A DNA stretch of 14,218 bases from a virus. Lineage: Duplodnaviria; Heunggongvirae; Uroviricota; Caudoviricetes. Both the position numbers and the translations under genes were made by a program. Shown one piece after another: positions 1-6,673 of this stretch. The stretch lies in the IMG/VR virus record IMGVR_UViG_2529292920_000009. One strand, written 5' to 3'. How positions within the stretch are numbered: the stretch's first letter is position 1; every line of letters starts with the position of its first letter. Under the pieces are notes generated by a model. That model had not been told where the DNA came from. It ran no database searches and saw only the letters and a list, made by a program, of their open reading frames with translations.

Positions 1-2
1 GC

Positions 3-1817
3 TTACATGTCTTTGAAGGCATCGCCATTTTTAATGCGCTGAAAACACATGGTGCGTCCATTACCGTTTATGTCGACGGTGTGGCGGCGTCAATGGCGTC
101 GGTCATTGCGATGGTGGGAAACCCGGTCATTATGCCGGAAAACACCTTCATGATGATTCATAAACCATTTGGCTTTACGGGCGGTGATGCGGAGGACATG
201 CGCACCTATGCCGACCTGCTCGATAAGGTTGAGGCGGTTCTGTTACCCGCTTATGCACAGAAAACCGGGAAAACCACCGATGAAATTGCTGCCATGCTGG
301 CGGATGAGACCTGGATGTCCGGTGCCGAATGTCTGGCACATGGATTTGCTGATCAGGTGACGCCAGCCGTTAAGGCAATGGCATGTATTCAGTCAAAACG
401 TACAGAGGAATTTAAAAAGATGCCGGAATCCATTCGAAACATGATTACTCCGCCACGCAACAGTGCTCCATGCGTACAGGATGATGAACCTGCAGCCTCC
501 CGGACGCCAGTGCAGGCAGCAGCACCCGTGGTGGATGAAAACAGTATCCGTGCGCAGGTACTGGCAGAGCAAAAAGCGCGTGTAAACGGTATTAATGATC
601 TGTTTGCCATGTTTGGCGGGCGTTATCAGACGCTGCAGGCTCAGTGTCTTGCCGATCCTGAATGTTCGCTGGAGCAGGCCCGCGAAAAGTTGTTGAACGA
701 GATGGGGCGCGAGTCCACGCCATCCAATAAAAATACCCCGGCTCATATTTATGCCGGTAACGGTAATTTTGTGGGGGACGGGATCCGCCAGGCGCTGATG
801 GCGCGTGCCGGATTTGAAAAAACCGAACGTGATAATGTCTACAACGGGATGACCCTGCGTGAATATGCCCGTATGTCACTGACTGAACGGGGTATTGGGG
901 TTTCCAGTTATAACCCGATGCAGATGGTCGGTGCGGCGTTCACACACAGTACGTCTGACTTCGGTAATATTCTGCTGGATGTTGCGAACAAAGCCATTCT
1001 GCAGGGCTGGGAAGATGCCCCTGAAACCTATGAACAGTGGACGCGGAAAGGTCAGTTGTCTGATTTTAAAATTGCCCATCGTGTGGGTATGGGGGGCTTC
1101 AGTGCTCTGCGTCAGGTGCGTGAAGGGGCGGAATATAAATACGTCACCACCGGAGATAAACAGGCCACTATTGCACTGGCGACCTATGGCGAGCTGTTCA
1201 GTATCACCCGTCAGGCCATTATCAATGATGATCTGAATATGCTGACCGATGTCCCGATGAAACTGGGCCGTGCGGCGAAATCCACTATTGCCGATCTGGT
1301 TTATGCCATTCTGACGTCTAACCCGAAAATCTCCACAGATAATGTAAGTCTGTTCGATAAAGCGAAACATGCAAACGTACTGGAGAGCGCTGCAATGGAC
1401 GTGGCATCGCTGGATAAAGCCCGCCAGTTGATGCGCGTTCAGAAAGAGGGGGAGCGTCATCTGAATATTCGTCCTGCGTTCGTACTGGTACCGACGGCGA
1501 TGGAGTCTGTTGCTAACCAGGTCATTCGCTCCTCAAGTGTCAAGGGGGCTGACATTAACGCCGGTATTATTAACCCGGTGAAAGATTTTGCGACCGTTAT
1601 TGCAGAGCCTCGTCTTGATGATAACAGCCAGACCACCTTCTACCTGGCTGCGTCCAAAGGCTCCGATACGATTGAAGTGGCTTATCTCAACGGTGTGGAT
1701 ACGCCATATATTGATCAGATGGAGGGCTTCAGTGTGGATGGCGTGACAACGAAAGTGCGTATTGACGCCGGTGTCGCGCCAGTTGATCACCGCGGTCTGG
1801 TGAAATGTACGGCGTAA
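3..1817 (+). CDS. Prohead protease (ClpP/S14-like) fused to major capsid protein; 5' end lies upstream of the window
   Basis: Frame 3 is open from the first base of the window to TAA at 1815-1817, so the listed ORF at 81 is an internal start. The N-terminal part carries a ClpP-like motif (GVAASMAS, then MMIHKP); the C-terminal ~400 aa has the size and position of a major capsid protein immediately upstream of head-tail genes. Family assignment is from memory of E. coli prophage protease-capsid fusions. Confidence 0.85.
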   Translation, partial: LHVFEGIAIFNALKTHGASITVYVDGVAASMASVIAMVGNPVIMPENTFMMIHKPFGFTGGDAEDMRTYADLLDKVEAVLLPAYAQKTGKTTDEIAAMLADETWMSGAECLAHGFADQVTPAVKAMACIQSKRTEEFKKMPESIRNMITPPRNSAPCVQDDEPAASRTPVQAAAPVVDENSIRAQVLAEQKARVNGINDLFAMFGGRYQTLQAQCLADPECSLEQAREKLLNEMGRESTPSNKNTPAHIYAGNGNFVGDGIRQALMARAGFEKTERDNVYNGMTLREYARMSLTERGIGVSSYNPMQMVGAAFTHSTSDFGNILLDVANKAILQGWEDAPETYEQWTRKGQLSDFKIAHRVGMGGFSALRQVREGAEYKYVTTGDKQATIALATYGELFSITRQAIINDDLNMLTDVPMKLGRAAKSTIADLVYAILTSNPKISTDNVSLFDKAKHANVLESAAMDVASLDKARQLMRVQKEGERHLNIRPAFVLVPTAMESVANQVIRSSSVKGADINAGIINPVKDFATVIAEPRLDDNSQTTFYLAASKGSDTIEVAYLNGVDTPYIDQMEGFSVDGVTTKVRIDAGVAPVDHRGLVKCTA

Positions 1818-1840
1818 ACGTCGCAGACAACAACTCTGAT

Positions 1841-1860
1841 GGCCCGTAAGGGCTTTTTTT
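1841..1860 (+). terminator. Weak terminator-like hairpin after the capsid gene (GGCCC-GTAA-GGGCT stem with GNRA loop, then T7)
   Basis: Seen directly: 4-5 bp GC stem with GTAA tetraloop at 1841-1854 followed by TTTTTTT at 1854-1860, 24 nt after the capsid stop. The stem is short, so this may only attenuate. Confidence 0.35.
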
Positions 1861-1903
1861 GTACCTGAAATCAGCCCCTGAACGGGGCTGTGCGGAGACA
1901 GTT

Positions 1904-2227
1904 ATGGCAAAGAATTTTGTAGAAGAAGGAAAAACGGTGGCGATTGTTGCCAGTGCAGCCATCAGCAGCGGAGATCTGGTGCAGGTGGGTGATGTTTTTG
2001 CGGTGGCGCTGACCGATATTCCACAGGGTGAAACAGGCGACGGCATGACCGAAGGTGTGTTTATCCTGCCTAAGCTGAAAACGGATGACATGAAAACGGG
2101 TAAGAAGGTTTATCTGAAGTCCGGAAAAGTTCAGCTGACTAACAGCGGCTCTGATCCGCTGGTCGGGGTTGTCTGGGCAGATGCCGGAACCAGTGCAGAA
2201 GAAGTGCCGGTAAAACTCAATGTCTGA
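1904..2227 (+). CDS. Small phage head protein (DUF2190-like; possible head decoration/stabilisation protein)
   Basis: ATG at 1904 is preceded by GGAG at 1894-1897 (6 nt spacing); the ORF-track start at 1859 is an upstream TTG inside the hairpin region. Product MAKNFVEEGKTVAIV... sits directly after the capsid gene. Family assignment is from memory. Confidence 0.7.
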   Translation: MAKNFVEEGKTVAIVASAAISSGDLVQVGDVFAVALTDIPQGETGDGMTEGVFILPKLKTDDMKTGKKVYLKSGKVQLTNSGSDPLVGVVWADAGTSAEEVPVKLNV

Positions 2228-2495
2228 TCCCTTTTCTCGGCTGGCAGCGCGTATGGATGCGATCACGGTCAGAAAGATGGGAAAGACAGCCTCGATTAAT
2301 GATGTCGATATGGCTGTGATCCCGGGCGAAACACTGGCAGAGCTGAATGCTCTGTCCGGACCTGCTGTCTCTCTGGTGGTGTTTTCTTTGGGATACCGCC
2401 CACGGCGCGGGGATCGCGTTGTTTATGACGGACAACATTGGACGGTCACACGGCATGAACGCTTTAACGGTAAGCCAATGATCTTTATTGAGTAA
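2220..2495 (+). CDS. Putative head-tail joining/adaptor protein (FII-like position)
   Basis: ATG at 2220 overlaps the upstream stop (ATGTCTGA), indicating translational coupling; 91 aa, located between head genes and the Z homologue. Function is inferred from position and size. Confidence 0.6.
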   Translation: MSDPFSRLAARMDAITVRKMGKTASINDVDMAVIPGETLAELNALSGPAVSLVVFSLGYRPRRGDRVVYDGQHWTVTRHERFNGKPMIFIE

Positions 2496-2506
2496 AGAGG
2501 TGTGGG

Positions 2507-3085
2507 ATGAAGGGGCTTGAGAATGCCATCCGCAATCTGAACAGCCTTGATACCCGTATGGTGCCACAGGCCAGCGCATGGGCGATAAACCGTGTGGCAC
2601 AGAAAGCGGTCTCGGTTGCCACCCGGCAGGTTGCCGGGAATACCGTTGCGGGAGATAACCAGGTGAAAGGGATACCCCTGAAACTGGTACGTCAGCGTGT
2701 CCGGGTGTTTAAAGCCAGTCCGTCAGGAAAAATGACGGCCAGGATCCGCGTCAACCGGGGCAATCTGCCCGCCATTAAGCTGGGGACAGCCCGGGTCAGA
2801 CTGGCCCGGCGTGGTGGAAAACTGCAGTACCGTGGCAGTGTGCTGAAGGTGGGTAAATATCTTTTCCGGGATGCGTTTATTCAGCAACTGGCGAATGGTC
2901 GCTGGCATGTGATGCGGCGTATTGATGGCAAAAATCGTTACCCCATTGATGTGGTGAAAATCCCGTTGTCCGGACCGCTGACACAGGCATTTGAAGATGC
3001 CCGCGACCGCATCATTGCTGCGGAAATGCCGAAACAGTTGGGTTATGCACTGAAACAACAACTGAGGTTATGGCTGACCCGATGA
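2507..3085 (+). CDS. Z: Minor tail protein Z (tail completion), lambda gpZ-like
   Basis: ATG at 2507 with AAGAGG at 2495-2500. 192 aa, the same length I recall for lambda gpZ, with a recognisable gpZ-like C-terminal region (NGRWHVMRRIDGKNRYPIDVVKIP...GYAL). Confidence 0.85.
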   Translation: MKGLENAIRNLNSLDTRMVPQASAWAINRVAQKAVSVATRQVAGNTVAGDNQVKGIPLKLVRQRVRVFKASPSGKMTARIRVNRGNLPAIKLGTARVRLARRGGKLQYRGSVLKVGKYLFRDAFIQQLANGRWHVMRRIDGKNRYPIDVVKIPLSGPLTQAFEDARDRIIAAEMPKQLGYALKQQLRLWLTR

Positions 3086-3483
3086 ACCGACATACACAAA
3101 TCCGCCAGGTCGTACTGGCACGCCTTCGGGAACAGTGTGGAGACAGCGCCACGTTTTTTGACGGGCTTCCGGCATTTGTTGATGCGCAGGAACTGCCTGC
3201 CGTGTCGGTGTGGCTGAGTGATGCTCAGTACACCGGAAAAATGACGGATGAAGATGACTGGCAGGCTGTTCTGCATATTGCTGTCTTCATCCGGGCACAA
3301 GCACCGGATTCAGAGCTGGATATGTGGATGGAGAGCACCATTTTCCCGGCCCTGAATGATGTACCGGCACTTTCCGGACTCATCGACACCCTGATCCCAC
3401 TCGGTTTTAACTATCAACGTGATAATGAGATGGCCACCTGGGCGATGGCGGAAATCACGTACCAGATCACGTACACGAATTAA
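3070..3483 (+). CDS. U: Tail terminator protein U, lambda gpU-like
   Basis: Product contains ATFFDG, PAVSVWL and a C-terminal ITYxITY region resembling lambda gpU as I recall it. Start is ambiguous: ATG 3070 (GAGG only 2 nt upstream) or ATG 3082 (aligns better with the lambda N-terminus MKHTELR). Overlaps the Z stop at 3083-3085. Confidence 0.8.
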   Translation: MADPMNRHTQIRQVVLARLREQCGDSATFFDGLPAFVDAQELPAVSVWLSDAQYTGKMTDEDDWQAVLHIAVFIRAQAPDSELDMWMESTIFPALNDVPALSGLIDTLIPLGFNYQRDNEMATWAMAEITYQITYTN

Positions 3484-3493
3484 GGAGGTGGTA

Positions 3494-4237
3494 ATGACCA
3501 CACCAAATCCACTGGCAAAAACGAAAGGTGCGGGAACGACGTTCTGGATGTATACCGGCAACGGCGACGCATTTGCGAACCCTTTGTCGGACACTGACTG
3601 GCTGCGTCTTGCGATGGTGAAGGATCTGCAACCTGGCGAAATGACCGCTGATGCAGAAGATGACACTTATCTCGATGATGAAGATGCAGACTGGAAAACG
3701 ACAACCCAGGGGCAGAAATCCGTTGGTGATACTTCGGCGACGCTGGCCTGGCGTCCGGGTGACAGCGGGCAGAAAAAACTGGTTCAGTTGTTCGACTCCG
3801 GTGAAGTCTGCGCGTTTCGTATCAAATATCCCAACGGCACTGTTGATGTTTTCCGTGGCTGGCTGAGCTCACTGGGTAAAACCATTGCCTCAAAAGACGT
3901 GATGACCCGCACAGTGAAAATCAGCGGTGTGGGGCGTCCGTATCTGGCAGAGGAGGGCACTGAAACTGTGGGCGTTACCGGGCTGACGGTGGCACCGGCA
4001 TCTGCCAGTGTAAAAGTGGGAGCAACCACCACGCTGACCTTTACAGTAAAACCTGACGGAGCCAGTGACAAAGCGATCAGTGTGCATTCGACAGATCCAC
4101 AGACTGCCACGGTGACCCTGAACGGGCTTGTGGCCACGGTGAAAGGCGTGAAGCAGGGCAGTGTCAGCATTGTGGGCATGACTTCTGACGGCGATTTTGT
4201 GGCAGTGGCTGCGGTGGCTGTCAGCGCCGCAGGTTAA
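3494..4237 (+). CDS. V: Major tail protein V with C-terminal Ig-like (Big_2-type) domain, lambda gpV-like
   Basis: Strong SD AAGGAGGT at 3482-3489 and ATG at 3494; the ORF-track start at 3419 is upstream and overlaps U. N-terminus MTTPNPLAKTKGAGTTFWMY...NPLSD...DLQPGEMTA...YLDDEDADW matches lambda gpV from memory; the C-terminal ~90 aa is an Ig-like segment. Confidence 0.9.
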   Translation: MTTPNPLAKTKGAGTTFWMYTGNGDAFANPLSDTDWLRLAMVKDLQPGEMTADAEDDTYLDDEDADWKTTTQGQKSVGDTSATLAWRPGDSGQKKLVQLFDSGEVCAFRIKYPNGTVDVFRGWLSSLGKTIASKDVMTRTVKISGVGRPYLAEEGTETVGVTGLTVAPASASVKVGATTTLTFTVKPDGASDKAISVHSTDPQTATVTLNGLVATVKGVKQGSVSIVGMTSDGDFVAVAAVAVSAAG

Positions 4238-4257
4238 CAGGACGATACTCATCATTT

Positions 4258-4282
4258 GCCCCGGTTATCCGGGGCTTTTTTT
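4258..4282 (+). terminator. Rho-independent terminator or attenuator between V and G
   Basis: Seen directly: perfect 7-bp GC stem GCCCCGG (4258-4264), loop TTAT, CCGGGGC (4269-4275), then TTTTTTT (4276-4282), 20 nt after the V stop. Confidence 0.55.
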
Positions 4283-4294
4283 CAGGTGGAGAAC

Positions 4295-4684
4295 ATGATG
4301 TTTCTGAAACAGGGCACGTTTAATTATGAAAAGCAGTCCGTGGTGCTCAGTGAGCTGTCCGGGCTGCAGAGAATTGAATATCTGGCGTTTGTTCAGCAGC
4401 GAACGGCAAAGTTTGATGCCGAAGAGGGAGAACTGCCGGAGGCTGAACGACAGATTGCTTTTCTGCGGATGGGGATGGATATCAATGCCTGGCTGGTTTC
4501 CCGCTCACAGTGGAATGCGGATCAGTCTAAGGATGTAGAGACGCTTTGCGCATCCGTTATTACAACATGGTCGTATGATGCCCTGGGTGCGGGGGCGGAG
4601 ATGGTTCTGTCGCTGAGCGGTATGGGGACCATTGATAATGCCGGGGATGATGAGCATGAGGCGCTGACGCCGGAAAAGTCCTGA
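4295..4684 (+). CDS. G: Tail assembly chaperone G, lambda gpG-like
   Basis: Tandem ATG at 4295/4298 with GGTGGAG at 4285-4291; MFLK...VLSELSGLQRIEYLAF resembles the lambda gpG N-terminus (MFLK...TLSELSALQRIEHLA, from memory). Stop TGA at 4682-4684. Confidence 0.85.
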   Translation: MMFLKQGTFNYEKQSVVLSELSGLQRIEYLAFVQQRTAKFDAEEGELPEAERQIAFLRMGMDINAWLVSRSQWNADQSKDVETLCASVITTWSYDALGAGAEMVLSLSGMGTIDNAGDDEHEALTPEKS

Positions 4685-5022
4685 CGCGGGAAATGCAGTT
4701 TGTCATGCGGCTTGCCCGGGAGTTCCGGCGGGCAGACTGGCGGCGGATGCTGTCGGAAATGTCGGCCACTGAGCTTGGTGAGTGGGGCGATTATTTCCGG
4801 ATGCAGAGCTTCAGTGATGTGTGGATGGATGCGCAGTTTGCCTCGCTGAAGGCATTGATCGTGAGAATGGTGTCCGGCAGCAGTGATGCTGCGGTGGCTG
4901 ATTTCAGCCTTTTACCGGAAGAGAACGGGATACCGGAGCGAACGGACGAAGAACTGATGCATCTTGGGGAAGGTATTTCCGGAGGTGTGCGTTATGGACC
5001 AGATAGCCAACCTGGTCATTGA
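4672..5022 (+). CDS. T: T portion of the tail assembly chaperone G-T fusion, expected to be made by -1 programmed frameshift from G
   Basis: The -1 frame relative to G is open from 4660 (upstream TGA at 4657-4659) to TGA at 5020-5022 and overlaps the last codons of G (GAA AAG TCC TGA). This is the conserved lambdoid G/G-T arrangement; the exact slip point is inferred. Confidence 0.7.
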   Translation, partial: GKVLTREMQFVMRLAREFRRADWRRMLSEMSATELGEWGDYFRMQSFSDVWMDAQFASLKALIVRMVSGSSDAAVADFSLLPEENGIPERTDEELMHLGEGISGGVRYGPDSQPGH

Positions 5023-5647
5023 TTTGGGGATTGATGCGGCAGAGTTTAAAAATGAAATCCCCCGTATCAAAAACCTTCTGAATGGTGCAGCCAGCGATGC
5101 AGAACGGTCTTCTGCCCGTATGCAGCGTTTTATGGAGCGTCAGACTCAGGCCGCCCGGCAGACAACGCAGGCGGCTTCTTCGGCTGCAACAGCCGCATCC
5201 GTCCATGCGCAGACGGTGGAGAAGAACGCACAGGCTCATGAACGCATGGCCCGCGAGGTGGAGAAAACCCGCCAGCGCATGGAGGCGCTGAGCCAGAAAA
5301 TGCGCGAGGAACAGGCGCAGGCCATGGCTCTGGCGGAGGCTCAGGATAAAGCGGCTGCTGCGTTTTATCGTCAGATTGACAGTGTGAAACAGGCCAGTGC
5401 GGGGCTGCAGGAATTACAGCGTATTCAGCAGCAGATCCGACAGGCCAGAAACAGTGGCGGGATTGGTCAGCAGGATTATCTGGCGCTGATTTCTGAGGTT
5501 ACGGCGAAAACCCGTGTTCTTACACAGGCTGAGGAAGAGGGTACCCGACAGAAAGTGGCGTTTATCCGTCAGCTTAAAGAGCAGGCAACCCGCCAGAATC
5601 TTTCATCTTCTGAGTTGCTTCGTGCTAAGGCTGCCCAGCTGGGGTAA
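4994..5647 (+). CDS. H: Tape-measure protein H, N-terminal fragment (ends at in-frame TAA)
   Basis: ATG at 4994 with GGAGG at 4980-4984; overlaps the end of T by 29 nt. I preferred this start over the upstream ATG at 4964 because of the SD and the lambda-like N-terminus. Confidence 0.75.
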   Translation: MDQIANLVIDLGIDAAEFKNEIPRIKNLLNGAASDAERSSARMQRFMERQTQAARQTTQAASSAATAASVHAQTVEKNAQAHERMAREVEKTRQRMEALSQKMREEQAQAMALAEAQDKAAAAFYRQIDSVKQASAGLQELQRIQQQIRQARNSGGIGQQDYLALISEVTAKTRVLTQAEEEGTRQKVAFIRQLKEQATRQNLSSSELLRAKAAQLG

Positions 5648-5650
5648 GCA

Positions 5651-6673
5651 GTGCTGCAGAAGTGTATATCCGCAAAAATGGAGCAGGCAGGAAAAGCCAC
5701 GCATTCGCTGGGTCTGAAAAGTGCAGCGGCCCGCCAGGAGATAGGCGTTCTGATAGGTGAACTGGCCCGCGGCAATTTAGGGGCGCTGAGGGGATCCGGG
5801 ATAACGCTGGCTAACCGTGCCGGATGGATAGACACACTGATGTCACCGAAAGGCATGATGCTGGGCGGGGTTATTGGCGGTATTGCCGCAGCTGTCTATG
5901 GTCTGGGTAAAGCCTGGTATGACGGTCAGAAGGAGGGGGAAGAATTTAACCGCCAGCTGTCGCTGACGGGGCATTATGCCGGAGTCACTGCCGGGCAGCT
6001 GTGGACGCTCAGTCGTGCTATTTCCGGGAATGGTATCACGCAACATGCTGCAGCCGGTGCGCTGGCTCAGGTGGTGGGGAGTGGTGCATTTCGTGGAAAC
6101 GATATCGGTATGGTGGCGAGAGCTGCCGCACAGATGGAGCGATCGGTTGGCCAGTCGGTCAGCGATACCATAAGTCAGTTTAAGCGGCTGAAGGATGATC
6201 CTGTAAATGCCGCGAAGGCTCTGGACAATGAGCTGCATTTTCTTACTGCCACTCAGCTTGAGCAGATACGCGTCCTTGGGGAACAGGGGCGGTCCAGTGA
6301 TGCGGCACGGATAGCCATGTCTGCACTGGCAGAGGAAACCGGTCGGCGTACTGCGGATATTGATAATAACCTCAATGCGCTGGGCAGTACGCTGAAGTAT
6401 CTGTCTGATTTATGGAGTCGTTTCTGGGATGCGGCCATGAATATTGGTCGTGAAGACTCGCTGGATGAACAGATTTCCGCTTTACAGGAGAAAGTGTCGC
6501 GGGCGAAAAGACTCCCCTGGACGGCATCATCCTCTCAGGTTGAGTACGATCAGCAGCGTCTTAACGAGCTTCAGGAAAAAAACGCCAGAAGGATTTGCAG
6601 GATGCAAAAGAGCAGGCAGAGCGGAATTATCAGGAGCAACAGAAACGCCGTAATGCTGAAAATGCTGCACTGA
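5651..6673 (+). CDS. H: Tape-measure protein H, middle fragment (same frame as the N-terminal fragment)
   Basis: Reading frame resumes one codon after the TAA (GTG at 5651); it contains a hydrophobic Gly-rich segment (GMMLGGVIGGIAAAVYGLG) typical of tape-measure proteins; the frame is lost at the A7 tract near 6576-6582. Confidence 0.7.
   Translation: MLQKCISAKMEQAGKATHSLGLKSAAARQEIGVLIGELARGNLGALRGSGITLANRAGWIDTLMSPKGMMLGGVIGGIAAAVYGLGKAWYDGQKEGEEFNRQLSLTGHYAGVTAGQLWTLSRAISGNGITQHAAAGALAQVVGSGAFRGNDIGMVARAAAQMERSVGQSVSDTISQFKRLKDDPVNAAKALDNELHFLTATQLEQIRVLGEQGRSSDAARIAMSALAEETGRRTADIDNNLNALGSTLKYLSDLWSRFWDAAMNIGREDSLDEQISALQEKVSRAKRLPWTASSSQVEYDQQRLNELQEKNARRICRMQKSRQSGIIRSNRNAVMLKMLH

Noticed and set aside
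876-1460. 194-aa ORF on the minus strand inside the capsid gene
   Set aside because: Antisense to a well-supported structural gene; no SD, no recognisable domain.
3419-3493. Upstream start (3419) for the major tail gene V
   Set aside because: ATG 3494 is preceded by a near-perfect SD AAGGAGGT and gives the lambda-like N-terminus; the 3419 start would overlap U by 65 nt with no SD.
4964-4993. Upstream ATG (4964) as the start of the tape-measure gene
   Set aside because: ATG 4994 has a well-spaced GGAGG and gives an N-terminus resembling lambda gpH; 4964 lies deeper inside T and lacks an SD.
5645-5647. Programmed stop-codon readthrough at the TAA inside H
   Set aside because: TAA is the least leaky stop codon in enterobacteria and no readthrough context is evident; a nonsense mutation or base-call error is more plausible. 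It is kept as a finding only as a lesion.
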